A stretch of 64,000 bases of DNA from Phenylobacterium sp. (GCF_016793225.1 NZ_JAEUMN010000081.1:2001-66000), one strand, 5' to 3'; positions 22,462 to 32,780 are shown, numbered from the stretch's first letter. A program made the numbers and translations. The notes: generated by a model from the letters alone, not told the origin.

Positions 22462-23873
22462 GGCTCGACCTTCTGCGTGCCAGGCGCGTTGCCGCGCGCG
22501 CCGGGGATCAACCGATCGGCGGCCAGGACCAGGGCCGGCACCACGGCGGCGACATACATGTTGTCGATGCCGTAGGGGTTGCCCAAGAGGTACCAGGCGG
22601 TGGTCGCCACGCCGCTTGCGACCAGCGACGCCACAGCTGTTCGCGGGGAGCCCAGCCAGGGCAGGTAGACGCCCAGGCACGCCACAATCGCGATCGAAAG
22701 GCGCAGCGCCCGCGTGAAGAACGACAGCTCCAGGATATGCGGCGTGAAAAACACGCAGAGCAAAGGCAGCATGCCCACCGCCAGCGCGACCAAGCGCGTC
22801 GCGCGCAACTCGCCCTCGGGACTCGGCTTTCGCCAGGGCACGTAGAAGTCTTTCATCACGAGTGCTGTCGTCGCGAGCGCGACCGTGCTCACACTCACGA
22901 GGACCGAGGCGACCAGCGAGACGGTGACCACCGACGCCAGCGCCGGGGACATCTTCTCGATGAACACCGGCAGAGCGTAGAGGCTGTCCTGCGTCGGGTA
23001 GAGGTAGCGGGCCGCCACGCCAATGAAGCCCAGGGCAAACCCCAGCGGAAGGCAGAGCAGAGCGGCAAAGAGGACCGACCCCCGGGCCGCGAGCTCGTTC
23101 CTGTTCGAAGCGATGGCCTGGATGATGTACTGGGTCGAGAAGATCGCGCCCACGGTGCCCACGATCCAGGCGAAGATCTTGTTCGGGCCGACCATCCCCT
23201 CTACCGTGAAATACTCAGGCGGCAAGGTGTTGCGGATCGGTTCCAGGCCACCGCTCAGGGCGGCTGCGACCGCCACCAGGATGGCGATCCCGGCCAGCTT
23301 CACGAGGCTGTGGAGGATCGTCACGTAGGCGATGCTCTTGAGCCCTCCGAAGACGTAGTAGACCGCGCTGAAAGCCGCGATGATGAAGGTCGACACCGTC
23401 AGGTTGGTGTGGATTGCCGAGCTGAGCGCCGCCGCGCCGCTGACGTAGTTCCCGACGTTCACGAGCAGGAGCGCGTAGATCATGATGATCGAGACGACGA
23501 TGCGCGCACCGTTGCCGTACCGCTGCTCGACGATGCCCGAGATGGTGTGCTGTTCCGTGCGATAGACCTTCCGGGCGAACAAGAGGCCCAGCAAGAGGAA
23601 GCCGATAGCGGCGGCGTGAACGGACCACCCGGCCGCCATGCCCTTCTCGAACGCCTCCTGAGCGGTCCCGACCGTCGACTTCGCGCCGATGAACTCCGAC
23701 ATGAGCAGGATGCCGATGACGACGGCCGGCAAGGCCTTCGAGCCCACCATGAACTGCGCGCTCGTGCGGCTCCGCAGCGCATAGGCGAGGACGCTCGTCA
23801 GCAGGATGTAGACGATCACCGACCCGGCAATGATCAGCTCGCGGCTTGTCAGGGCGCCCATGTTTTCTCCCAT
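22458..23873 (-). CDS. Sodium:solute symporter family transporter
   Basis: 471 aa, about 13 TM helices, SSS-like N-terminal pattern. Confidence 0.85.
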   Translation of the reverse strand: MGENMGALTSRELIIAGSVIVYILLTSVLAYALRSRTSAQFMVGSKALPAVVIGILLMSEFIGAKSTVGTAQEAFEKGMAAGWSVHAAAIGFLLLGLLFARKVYRTEQHTISGIVEQRYGNGARIVVSIIMIYALLLVNVGNYVSGAAALSSAIHTNLTVSTFIIAAFSAVYYVFGGLKSIAYVTILHSLVKLAGIAILVAVAAALSGGLEPIRNTLPPEYFTVEGMVGPNKIFAWIVGTVGAIFSTQYIIQAIASNRNELAARGSVLFAALLCLPLGFALGFIGVAARYLYPTQDSLYALPVFIEKMSPALASVVTVSLVASVLVSVSTVALATTALVMKDFYVPWRKPSPEGELRATRLVALAVGMLPLLCVFFTPHILELSFFTRALRLSIAIVACLGVYLPWLGSPRTAVASLVASGVATTAWYLLGNPYGIDNMYVAAVVPALVLAADRLIPGARGNAPGTQKVEP

Positions 23874-23898
23874 GTCCCTGTGAGGGGTTCGGTGCTCG

Positions 23899-25098
23899 CT
23901 ACTCGGCGAGTTCGCGCATGACCTTGATGAGGTCGGACTTGCCCTCGAACCCGATGCCGGGGAGGTCGGGCATGACGATGTGCCCGGCTTCGACCTTTAC
24001 CCCGTCCGGGAAGCCGCCGTAGGGCTGGAAGAGGTCCGGGTAGCTTTCGTTGCCGCCTAGGCCGAGGCCGGCGGCGATGTTCAGCGACATCTGGTGTCCG
24101 CCATGCGGAATGCAGCGCGAGGCGGACCAGCCGGCGGCATCAAGAACCTCCAGCGTGCGCATGTATTCCACGAGGCCGTAGGACAGAGCGCAGTCGAACT
24201 GCAGCCAGTCGCGGTCGGGGCGCATGCCGCCGTAGCGGATGAGGTTCCGGGCGTCCTGGTGGCTGAACAGGTTCTCGCCGGTCGCCATCGGCCCTGGGTA
24301 GAACTCGGCAAGCGCGGCCTGCAGCTGGTAATCCAGCGGATCCCCCGCCTCTTCGTACCAGAACAGCGGATAGTCGCGGAGCGCCTTCGCGTACTCGATG
24401 GCGGTCAGCGTGTCGAAGCGACCGTTGGCGTCGACGGCGAGTTGCGCGTCCGAGCCGATCTCGGCCAGCACCGACTCGATCCGACGGCGGTCGGTCGCCA
24501 GGGACTCGCCGCCGATCTTCATCTTCACGACGTTGTAGCCGCGATCGATGTAGCTGCGCATTTCGGCGCGAAGCTGGGCGTCGTCCTTGCCTGGGTAGTA
24601 GTAGCCGCCGGCCGCGTAGACGAAGACCCGCGGGTTTGCCGCACGTCCGCTACGCTCAGCCAGCATCCGGAAGAGCGGCATGTCGGCGATCTTGGCTACC
24701 GCGTCCCAGACAGCCATGTCGATCGTGCCGACGGCCACCGAACGCTCGCCGTGCCCGCCGGGCTTCTCGTTGGTCATCAGGGCCCGCCAGATCCGATGCG
24801 GGTCGAGGTTCTCCCCGGTGTCGTCCAGCAGCGTCGCCGGATCGGCCTCGCGGAGGCGATCGGCGAAGCGCTCGCGGATCAAGCCGCCCTGCCCGTACCG
24901 GCCATTGGAGTTGAAGCCATAGCCCACGACACGACGGCCATCGCGCACCACGTTGGTGACGACAGCCACAAGGCTGGCCGTCATCTTCGAGAAGTCGATG
25001 TAGGCGTTGCGGATGGGGGAACTGATCGGCTTCGTCACCTCGACGATGTCGATGATGCGCGGGGCGTCGACCGATACGCCCGTCTTCAGCAAGGTCAC
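23899..25098 (-). CDS. Enolase-superfamily (mandelate racemase subgroup) acid-sugar dehydratase, D-tartrate-dehydratase-like
   Basis: GTG 25098 overlaps the SDR stop (GTGA). VVKMKIGG, LAVDANGRF, WYEEAGDP and IPHGGH motifs in the expected order. Confidence 0.8.
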   Translation of the reverse strand: MTLLKTGVSVDAPRIIDIVEVTKPISSPIRNAYIDFSKMTASLVAVVTNVVRDGRRVVGYGFNSNGRYGQGGLIRERFADRLREADPATLLDDTGENLDPHRIWRALMTNEKPGGHGERSVAVGTIDMAVWDAVAKIADMPLFRMLAERSGRAANPRVFVYAAGGYYYPGKDDAQLRAEMRSYIDRGYNVVKMKIGGESLATDRRRIESVLAEIGSDAQLAVDANGRFDTLTAIEYAKALRDYPLFWYEEAGDPLDYQLQAALAEFYPGPMATGENLFSHQDARNLIRYGGMRPDRDWLQFDCALSYGLVEYMRTLEVLDAAGWSASRCIPHGGHQMSLNIAAGLGLGGNESYPDLFQPYGGFPDGVKVEAGHIVMPDLPGIGFEGKSDLIKVMRELAE

Positions 25099-25781
25099 AG
25101 GGAAGCTCCTCCACAGACGAGAAGCTCCTGGCCCGTGATCGCCGCGGCGTCGGCCGAGAGCAGGAAGGCGACGTAGGCCGCGATCTCGTCGGGTTCGATG
25201 AATCGCCCGATGGGCGGGGTGACGGGCGCGACGGTGCGGTAGCCCTGGGTAAGCATGGGCGTCGCGGTCGCCGCGGGCGCCACGACGTTGCAGGTGATCC
25301 CCCGCGGCGCGACCTCTATCGCCCAGGACCGGACGAGCGCGACCACAGCGGCTTTGCAGGCGGCGTACTGGCTCTTGCCCGCAGCCCCGGCGCTGGTCCG
25401 GCTGCCGATGGCCACCAATCGGCCGCCGGGCGACATGGCGGGCAGCAAGGCCTGACCCAGCCGGGTCAGCGCCTGGACGTGCACCGCCCACATCGCCTCG
25501 CCGTCGGCGGGATCCAGCTCGTGCAGAGCGCCGGTCCGCATGAAGCCGGCCGCATGCACCAGCGCCTGAACCGGCGGAAGGTCCGACACCAGCGCGTCCA
25601 CGCTGACGGCGTCGGTCAGGTCGAGGGTCTTCTGCGCCGTGAAATGCGTGGCCTGCTCGTCCAGCCCCAGGTCGACACCGATGACCGACCACCCGGCGCA
25701 CGCGGCGCGGCGGGCGATGGCCGCACCGATTCCCGAGCGACTGCCGGTGACCAGCACCGTGGGAGCGGACGCCGTCGACAT
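25095..25781 (-). CDS. Short-chain dehydrogenase/reductase
   Basis: VLVTGSRSGIGAAIA Rossmann motif and YAACK catalytic motif. Confidence 0.8.
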   Translation of the reverse strand: MSTASAPTVLVTGSRSGIGAAIARRAACAGWSVIGVDLGLDEQATHFTAQKTLDLTDAVSVDALVSDLPPVQALVHAAGFMRTGALHELDPADGEAMWAVHVQALTRLGQALLPAMSPGGRLVAIGSRTSAGAAGKSQYAACKAAVVALVRSWAIEVAPRGITCNVVAPAATATPMLTQGYRTVAPVTPPIGRFIEPDEIAAYVAFLLSADAAAITGQELLVCGGASL

Positions 25782-25782
25782 A

Positions 25783-26727
25783 TCAGGCGGCGGTGCGTTG
25801 GGAGAGACCGGCGCCTTCGACCGCGGCCTTGATCCGGGCGAGTTCCTCCGGGGACGGGGCGACCGTGGGCGGACGAACTGTTCCGCGGTCGAAGATGCCT
25901 GCGGCGGCCATGGCAGCCTTCATGCAGGCGTGGGCCTCGCCGGTGGGTTCGCCATCGCCATACACGGACTGCTTCAGCGGATCGATGACACCCTGGATCT
26001 CCATGGCGCGCTTGAGATCACCGGCGCCGACGGCCTCCAGCAGGTCCTGGATGAGGCCTGGTATCAGCGAGGCGAAACCGACCAGCGCGCCATCCACGCC
26101 CTGAACCATGGAGGCCAACAGGTACTCGTCGTGGCAGGTCAACAGCGCCTTGTCGGGCGCAGCGGCGCGGATCGCCTTCAGATCGCGGGCATACTTGTTC
26201 ATCTCGCGCGTGCCGATCTTGAAGGCGTGCACATGGTCGAGACGCGCAAGCTCGCCGAGCAGTTCGGAGGAGAACGAAGCCTTGGTCCAAGCAGGGTAGA
26301 CGTGGACCACCAGGGGCAAGCCGCAGGCGTCGCCGATCGCGTTGAAATACTCGATCACATGCGACGGGCGAAAGCCGAACCTGAGCCAGTGATGCGGCGG
26401 CATGATGTCGAGCGCAGAGGCGCCGGCGGCTCGAGCGGCCTTCGCCTGCTCAACCGCGTCCAGAATGCCCTCGCAGACGATGGAGGAAATGATCGGCACG
26501 CGGCCGTCGACCGCCTGCGCCGTGATTCGCGTGACCTCAGTGCGCTCGGCGGGCGTCAGCGAGAACACCTCGCCGGTGTGCCCGTTGGTCATCAGGGCCT
26601 TGATCCCGCGCTGCCCTGCCAGCCAGCGGGCAAAGCGTGTGAGCCCGGCCGCATCGATGCTGAAGTCTTCGTGGAAGGGGATTGCGATCGCGGGGATCAA
26701 TCCCTTGAGGTCAAGCGAATGCGGCAC
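25783..26727 (-). CDS. DapA/N-acetylneuraminate-lyase family (class I aldolase/dehydratase)
   Basis: 314 aa; TNGHTGE and AFKIG (Schiff-base Lys context) motifs. Confidence 0.8.
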   Translation of the reverse strand: MPHSLDLKGLIPAIAIPFHEDFSIDAAGLTRFARWLAGQRGIKALMTNGHTGEVFSLTPAERTEVTRITAQAVDGRVPIISSIVCEGILDAVEQAKAARAAGASALDIMPPHHWLRFGFRPSHVIEYFNAIGDACGLPLVVHVYPAWTKASFSSELLGELARLDHVHAFKIGTREMNKYARDLKAIRAAAPDKALLTCHDEYLLASMVQGVDGALVGFASLIPGLIQDLLEAVGAGDLKRAMEIQGVIDPLKQSVYGDGEPTGEAHACMKAAMAAAGIFDRGTVRPPTVAPSPEELARIKAAVEGAGLSQRTAA

Positions 26728-26745
26728 GGGGTCGGGACTCCAAGG

Positions 26746-27549
26746 TCAGGGTGAGTGGCGGTGGGCCGCCATTCCGCCAGCCGCGCGCACGGCTTGTGAA
26801 AGGCGGCTCGCTGCGCCGACGGTCACGTCGCGCGCATCTTCGAGGAACTCCTGCTCGCTGCGCCCGAAAGCTGGGGCTGCAGCGCTGATCGCAGCGACGG
26901 GGACGCCGTCCACGTCGGTTATGGGCGCGGCGATCACCCGCAGACCGGTGACCGTCTCCTGGTCGGAAAAGGCGTAGCCTAGCCGGCCAGCCTCGGCGAT
27001 CTGCGCCAGAATGCTCTCGGGGTCGATGAGCGTGCGGTCCGTCAGCCTGCGCGGCGGACTGATCTCGAGGACCTGACGCTGCGCCTCGATGGGCAGTCGC
27101 GAAAGGATGGCCCTGCCGATGGCTGAAGAGTAGGCCGGCACCCGGTTGCCGACGCGAATGTCGACAGCCAGGCGCTCAAGCCCAGCCTGGATGCGCTCAA
27201 TGTAGACGACCTCATGCCCGTCCAGCACGCCGATGGAGGCGGCCTCGATCCGCTCACCGACGATGGCGCGAAGCATCGGGCGGGCCAGGCTCCGGATGTC
27301 CGACCTGGCGATGGCGTTGAAGCCGAGCTCCAGGCACTTGAACGTTAGTCGGAAACGGCGCGTGTCGGGAACGCGCTCGACATACCCCAGCATGACGAGC
27401 GTGTTGAGGAGGCGGAAGGCGCCCGCGTTGTCGAGCCCCGCGGCGCGCGCGACGTCCGCGAGGACCATCTCGGTCGCGTCGGGACCGAAGGCCTGCAGGA
27501 CGGCGAACGCCTTCGCCACCGACTTCACGATATTCTTCTCGTCGCTCAT
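26746..27549 (-). CDS. IclR-family transcriptional regulator
   Basis: N-terminal wHTH (SVAKAFAVLQAF...LADVARAAGLDNAGAFRLLNTL) plus an IclR effector domain. Start could be 27567. Confidence 0.85.
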   Translation of the reverse strand: MSDEKNIVKSVAKAFAVLQAFGPDATEMVLADVARAAGLDNAGAFRLLNTLVMLGYVERVPDTRRFRLTFKCLELGFNAIARSDIRSLARPMLRAIVGERIEAASIGVLDGHEVVYIERIQAGLERLAVDIRVGNRVPAYSSAIGRAILSRLPIEAQRQVLEISPPRRLTDRTLIDPESILAQIAEAGRLGYAFSDQETVTGLRVIAAPITDVDGVPVAAISAAAPAFGRSEQEFLEDARDVTVGAASRLSQAVRAAGGMAAHRHSP

Positions 27550-27575
27550 GAGCCCCTCGCCGTCCATGTCCGGGG

Positions 27576-29141
27576 CTATTTGGCGTGCTTTTGGAAGAAG
27601 TTGAAAATCTCCGGCAACTCGGTCTCGAACGCGCTCGCGTGCGTGCCGCCGGGAACCTCGACATACTCGGGCGCGACCCCGCCAGCCTTAAGCGTGGCGA
27701 TCGTCTCGCGAACGCGGTCCAGCATGAGGTCGTCGCGCTCGCCCACGACCACCCGGATCGGCAGCTTCGCGAGCGCCGGGACATCTTCAGCGAGGACGCC
27801 CCCGTAGGCGCCGGGCGCGATGGCCGCCCACATCTGGTTGTGCCGGCCGCCGATCCACCAGGTCCCGCCACCGCCCATCGAGTTGCCGGTGAGATAGCGG
27901 CGGCCAGGGTCGATGTTGAACTCCTCCTCGACCAGGGCGATGACCTGCAGGACATCCTGCTCGCTGCGCTTCACGCGCGTCATGTCGCGTCCCGCGAGAC
28001 CGGCGAGGCCACGTTCCGAGCCGTAGGCGCTGTTCAGGCGGTAACCCAAGGGCGTCACGACGACAAAGCCGTGCTGCTCGGCGAGCTTCTGCATACGGCC
28101 GCCGTCGCGACCCAGCATGTTGGTCTCGTCCAGGTTCGCGCCATGCAACGCGACGACCAGCGGCCAGCGCTTCGCCGGGGTCCAGCCGGTCGGAACGTAG
28201 ACCTGGTAGGGGATGAGCTCGCCCGTCTCGGCGAACCGGTAGGCGCGGTTCTGGAGGCCCGTAGCCTGGCGCACCGGGTCGCGGCCACCCTTGAGCGCGG
28301 CGACGATTTCGGAGGAGCGCCTGATCGCCGCCGGAAAGTCGTACGAGACGACCTCGCGGCGGCCCGCCCGCATGGCCTGCGCCAGCGCGAAGGGATACTC
28401 GGCCAGCGCCTTGGCCTCCTCGTGTCCCGTGATGCCCGACAGGTTGCGCCTGAGCTCTGCGTAGCGCGCGTCCAGATCTCGTACGAGGTAGACGGGCTGG
28501 ACGATGTCGGCGCTGGCAGACCCGGCCGACAGCTTGGCCAGCAGCAGGTAGGCGCCGTCCGGCAGGTCCGCGAGCCGGGCGGCGATGCCGGCCGGATAGC
28601 TCTCGAGCTGACCCCGGGCCAGAGGACGGATCAGCGCGCCCTTTTTCGGTGTCGCCGATGTCGTCGGCTGGCTCGCATAGAGGTCGAGCGCATAGGTCAC
28701 CGGCCCGCTCGCGGGATAGAGCAACTCGGCCGTCAGCACGTCCCCCTGGCCCGTCCAGATCTGGCTGGGTGTACGGAGCGCCAGGGCGCCCAGTCTCTCC
28801 TGCTCCGGCGTCCAGGCGCGGCCCCCCATCAGGCTGACCGCGCGCCAGAGCGTCCGACGGGCCTCGGGCTCGGGCTGCCTCGCCGCCTCGGCGACCATCG
28901 CGTCGACCTGAGCCTGCAACACCGCCGGAGCTCCCACACGCAGCTGGCCGACCGTCTGGGTCAGCACCTGCATCCCAGGCCGGAAGGCGAGACGCCAGGC
29001 GGCGTCCTCTTGGACGGGCGTCGCCCGGGCGGCCGGTTCATAGTCGACGAGCTGGGCGCGCGCCTCGACGCCGGCGACCGCACTGATCGCCGCGCCGAGA
29101 ACCATCGCAGCCCGCGCAGGGAACGCGCTTGCGCGGGTCAT
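27576..29141 (-). CDS. Secreted two-domain esterase (C-terminal alpha/beta hydrolase, GxSxG = GNSMGG)
   Basis: ATG 29141 lies 3 nt after the TonB-receptor stop. Signal peptide MTRASAFPARAAMVLGAAISAVAG; LVVALHGANLDE...GNSMGGGG. Confidence 0.75.
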   Translation of the reverse strand: MTRASAFPARAAMVLGAAISAVAGVEARAQLVDYEPAARATPVQEDAAWRLAFRPGMQVLTQTVGQLRVGAPAVLQAQVDAMVAEAARQPEPEARRTLWRAVSLMGGRAWTPEQERLGALALRTPSQIWTGQGDVLTAELLYPASGPVTYALDLYASQPTTSATPKKGALIRPLARGQLESYPAGIAARLADLPDGAYLLLAKLSAGSASADIVQPVYLVRDLDARYAELRRNLSGITGHEEAKALAEYPFALAQAMRAGRREVVSYDFPAAIRRSSEIVAALKGGRDPVRQATGLQNRAYRFAETGELIPYQVYVPTGWTPAKRWPLVVALHGANLDETNMLGRDGGRMQKLAEQHGFVVVTPLGYRLNSAYGSERGLAGLAGRDMTRVKRSEQDVLQVIALVEEEFNIDPGRRYLTGNSMGGGGTWWIGGRHNQMWAAIAPGAYGGVLAEDVPALAKLPIRVVVGERDDLMLDRVRETIATLKAGGVAPEYVEVPGGTHASAFETELPEIFNFFQKHAK

Positions 29142-29143
29142 GG

Positions 29144-32029
29144 TCAAAAGCCGAACCGCAGGCCGACCTTGAACGTGCGGCCGACGTAGTCGTACGGGTT
29201 GCCGCCCAGGTTGATGGCCGCGATGGCGAAGGCGGGCGGGTCCTTGTCCAGCACGTTGTTCACGTTGGCGAACAGCTGGAACTTCTTCCCGAGCTGTTCG
29301 AAGTCGTAGGCGCCGTTCAGGTTGAAGTAGACGTGGGCCGGGAAGACGTTCTTGTTGATGCTGGTGGACAGCGTCGGATCGTAGCCGTCCTGGCCGGGAC
29401 CGAAGAACAGCGCCGAGTAGCGGATAGGCGAGAAGGCGCGGGCCTGGAGACCGACCGTGAACGGCTCCAGCCGGTAGTTGATGTAGGCGACGCCCACCCA
29501 CTTCGACTGACCGGCCTGGACGCCGGCGTTGTCGACCGTGATCCCGAGTGGCCCGGGGCGGTCCGTCGTCTTCAGGTGCGCCAGATGCGTGACGTAGACG
29601 TTCACGTCCAGAGACCCGGGAAGGCTCAGCGCATCGAGGTCTGTCCGGTAGCCCACCTCGAAGTCGATGCCTTCAGCTTCGAGGATCGATTGGTTGAACG
29701 GCTGGGTGAACACCTTCGCGATGCCGAAGGTCGAATTGTCGAAGGTGATCGCCGAGCAATACAGTGTCACGTTCTGGAAGCAGCGCTGCAGGATGTCCGT
29801 CGCGCCGACCGAGGCGATCACGTCCTTAATCTTGATGTTGTAGTAGTCGGCGGACACCCGCAGACCGCTGAGGGGACCACCGCGCGCCTGGAACGTGCCG
29901 CCGAACGAGAAAGTGTCGGCGACTTCCGGCACCAGGTCCGGATTGCCCGTGGTCTGAACTGGCAGGCGAGCCGACTGGCCGTTGAAGGGATTGACGAACG
30001 AGCCGGTGGCCGAAATCCCGCCCAGCGAGAAGAGCTCAGACAAGGATGGCGCACGGATGTCGCGGGACCGTGTGATGCGGAGCAGGACGCCGTCGATGGG
30101 CTCCCACGTGCCGCCCACTTTCCACGTCGTGACCGCTCCGCTGGTCTTGTAGTCGGTGCGCCGGACGGCGCCGTTCACGCCCAGGGCCTGGAAGCCGGCC
30201 ATGTCCTTCAGCAGCGGGACCTCGACCTCGAGATACCCTTCCTTGACGTTGTTCTTGCCGGAGTAGGACTTGTTGTTGCCAGACGAATAGAGGCCGAGGA
30301 TCTGCAGCGGATCGGCCGTCTGGACCAGGCTGTCGCGACGATACTCGAGGCCGGCGGCGAAGGCCACGGGACCGGCGGGGAGTTCGAAGATCTGACCGCC
30401 GACGTTGAAGGCGACGTCATGGCGCTTGATGTCGTTCTTCGTGAGTTCGAGGCCGGCCACGTATTCGCGCGCCAGCTGGGACGAGTTGCCGGCGCCGAAG
30501 GGGTTCAGGGGGACGCAGCCCGGCTGCACCAGTTCCGGTCGAATGGTGTTGGTCAGGCGGTTCGCAGCGAAGTTGGGATTGGTCGCGAGCGGCCCGCAGA
30601 CGATGTTGCCGGCGGCGTCGAGCACGGCGTACTCGGCGGCCGCCAGGTTGGCCTCGCGGGTCCCGTAGATCTTCGAGTCGATGACCGACTTGCCGTAGTT
30701 GTAGGAGACGTCCCAGTTGAACTTCTCAAACATCTTTCCCTTCAGGCCGGCCGAAGCCTGGAAGGTCCAGTAGGTGTTGTCGCCCGAGGTGCCCAGCCAC
30801 TCGGTGTCGACCCGGCCCATGTCGAACGAGGCGATGTTGTTGGCCGCCATGAGCGAGCGCACCTGATTGGGCAGGTACGGGTTGCTCTGCAAGATCGTGA
30901 CCGTCGGGGTCTGGTGGTACTGCGAGAGCGTAAAGACGTTGGCCCAGGCGTAACCCGCCTGCGCCCACGCCGTCGTCGTCTCGTTCACGTCGTAGACCGC
31001 CTTGGCCATCGTCGAGAGTTGTTCCAGCGGCTGCTTCAGATTCCACTGGGCGATCGGCGTGGCGATCGGATTGCTCGACGAATTGATCATCAGGTTGCCG
31101 AAGACCGGCCCGCGGATCAGGCGGTAGAGACTTCCGTCGGGTGCGAAGGCCTGCTGGTTGAGCAGCGTGCTGGTCGCTCCCGTCGCGGTCCGGGCCGTGT
31201 TGATCACACCCCCGGGCGTCTGGGTGGCGTATTCGACGCCATTTGCCCAGCCGAATGCCGGCGTGCCCGCCGGCCGCGAGGCCCCAAAGGAGAGCGGATT
31301 GCCGGAGTTGCCCGGCTCGACCTCGCTCCAGCCACGGCTGTAGATGTTTCCGACGCCGTCGTTGTCGTTGTAGTCGCCGCCCGCGATGATCCGCAGCCGG
31401 TCGTCCATCAACGAAAGACCTGTGGCCAGGCTGAAACCGATTTCGTTGTTGTCGCCGCGCATCGATCGGCCGGCGTAGACTGAACCCTGAAGCCCCTCGA
31501 TCCTGTCCTTCAGGATGAAGTTCACCACGCCGGCGACGGCGTCCGAGCCGTAGGCTGCCGACGCGCCGCCGGTCACGACCTCCAGCCGGCGGACCAGCTC
31601 CACAGGGATGATGCTGGTGCTGGTCGTGCCCTGGGCGTTGGTCGGCACCGGGCGCTGCCCATCCACCAGCATCAGTGTGCGCTGACCGCCCAGGCCACGC
31701 AGGTTGGTGATGCTCTGCGCCGTTGAAATCGACCCGGCGTTCCGCTGGACCTGATTGGGCCCCGAGTTCATCCGCATGGCGGGCAGCTGGGCGATGATGT
31801 CGTCCACCGAGGACGGGGCGGTCTGCTTGAACTGCTCGGCGTTCAGCACCGTCAGCGGTGTGGGCGACGTCATACCGGAGTTCTGGATCCGGCTGCCGGT
31901 GACGACGACTTCGCCGACCTCAGCGTCTCCGCCTGCAGCGGTCTGCGCGAGCGCGCACGGGGCGGCGGCCAGGATCGCCACCAGGCTCACGCCACCCGCC
32001 AGCACCTTCGAAAGCTCGGAACTCGCCAT
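29144..32029 (-). CDS. TonB-dependent receptor
   Basis: Signal peptide, plug (VVVTGSRI..., NLRGLGGQRTLMLVDG), C-terminal beta-barrel ending ...GLRFGF. Confidence 0.9.
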   Translation of the reverse strand: MASSELSKVLAGGVSLVAILAAAPCALAQTAAGGDAEVGEVVVTGSRIQNSGMTSPTPLTVLNAEQFKQTAPSSVDDIIAQLPAMRMNSGPNQVQRNAGSISTAQSITNLRGLGGQRTLMLVDGQRPVPTNAQGTTSTSIIPVELVRRLEVVTGGASAAYGSDAVAGVVNFILKDRIEGLQGSVYAGRSMRGDNNEIGFSLATGLSLMDDRLRIIAGGDYNDNDGVGNIYSRGWSEVEPGNSGNPLSFGASRPAGTPAFGWANGVEYATQTPGGVINTARTATGATSTLLNQQAFAPDGSLYRLIRGPVFGNLMINSSSNPIATPIAQWNLKQPLEQLSTMAKAVYDVNETTTAWAQAGYAWANVFTLSQYHQTPTVTILQSNPYLPNQVRSLMAANNIASFDMGRVDTEWLGTSGDNTYWTFQASAGLKGKMFEKFNWDVSYNYGKSVIDSKIYGTREANLAAAEYAVLDAAGNIVCGPLATNPNFAANRLTNTIRPELVQPGCVPLNPFGAGNSSQLAREYVAGLELTKNDIKRHDVAFNVGGQIFELPAGPVAFAAGLEYRRDSLVQTADPLQILGLYSSGNNKSYSGKNNVKEGYLEVEVPLLKDMAGFQALGVNGAVRRTDYKTSGAVTTWKVGGTWEPIDGVLLRITRSRDIRAPSLSELFSLGGISATGSFVNPFNGQSARLPVQTTGNPDLVPEVADTFSFGGTFQARGGPLSGLRVSADYYNIKIKDVIASVGATDILQRCFQNVTLYCSAITFDNSTFGIAKVFTQPFNQSILEAEGIDFEVGYRTDLDALSLPGSLDVNVYVTHLAHLKTTDRPGPLGITVDNAGVQAGQSKWVGVAYINYRLEPFTVGLQARAFSPIRYSALFFGPGQDGYDPTLSTSINKNVFPAHVYFNLNGAYDFEQLGKKFQLFANVNNVLDKDPPAFAIAAINLGGNPYDYVGRTFKVGLRFGF

Positions 32030-32780
32030 CCTGTTTCCCTTCCCCTTGTTCGCATTATTCGGATTACGAACTTTAATTCGCTATTTGAATACACTTGTGG
32101 ACTTGGGTAGGCAAGTGCGGTGTCGCTTGTGAGCTTCGTTGGCGGACGGGAGGGGCGTCGGTGCGAGCTAACCGTCCGCTCAATCGAGCCGATCCGCTGA
32201 TCACGGAGATGCTGGAGATATGCGAGAACGCCAGCGCGCTCACAGCTTCCGCCTACAGGCGGACTCGGCAAGCTTCGGCTTCCGGTCACTCACCGCCCAA
32301 GGCCATTCCGCCCGACCACCGCAGGCCACCCCTTCCTCACGTTCGCGGCGTCCAGGAGCATCAACCGGCTCGATGCGATCTTGGGCGATCTCGGGCTTGA
32401 TGGTTCGGGCCGAGTCAGTGAGCGTAAGTGCCCGGCTCAAGGGATTGATGCGTCGCGACTCCGATGAGTGAGGGCGAAGGCGAGCATGGCGCCAGGGCCG
32501 GTGAAGACCGGGCCACGGAAGACGGACGAAGGGCCTTTTTCGCGGGCCAATATCGCGAGGCCTTCTCCCACTTTCACTCCGCGCTGCTCAACCGCGCGAT
32601 CCGGTGGTTCAGAGAGGAAGGCGTCCGGTTCCAGCGACCGTCGGGAGAGTTTACGCCGCCAGTTCACCTTTTCACGACCGCAGGCTGCCCGTGGTGCGGC
32701 GCCCACGGGCTGTTTGATGACCGGCTCGTGTGCGTGCCGGTGGGCCTCGCCCGGCGCGGGGTGCGCCGGGCGAGGCGTCG

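Noticed and set aside
32757-32767. 9-nt match (gggtgcgcc) to the 3' end of tRNA-Arg as a possible island att repeat
   Set aside because: Too short. By rough composition estimate several such GC-rich 9-mers are expected by chance in this window.
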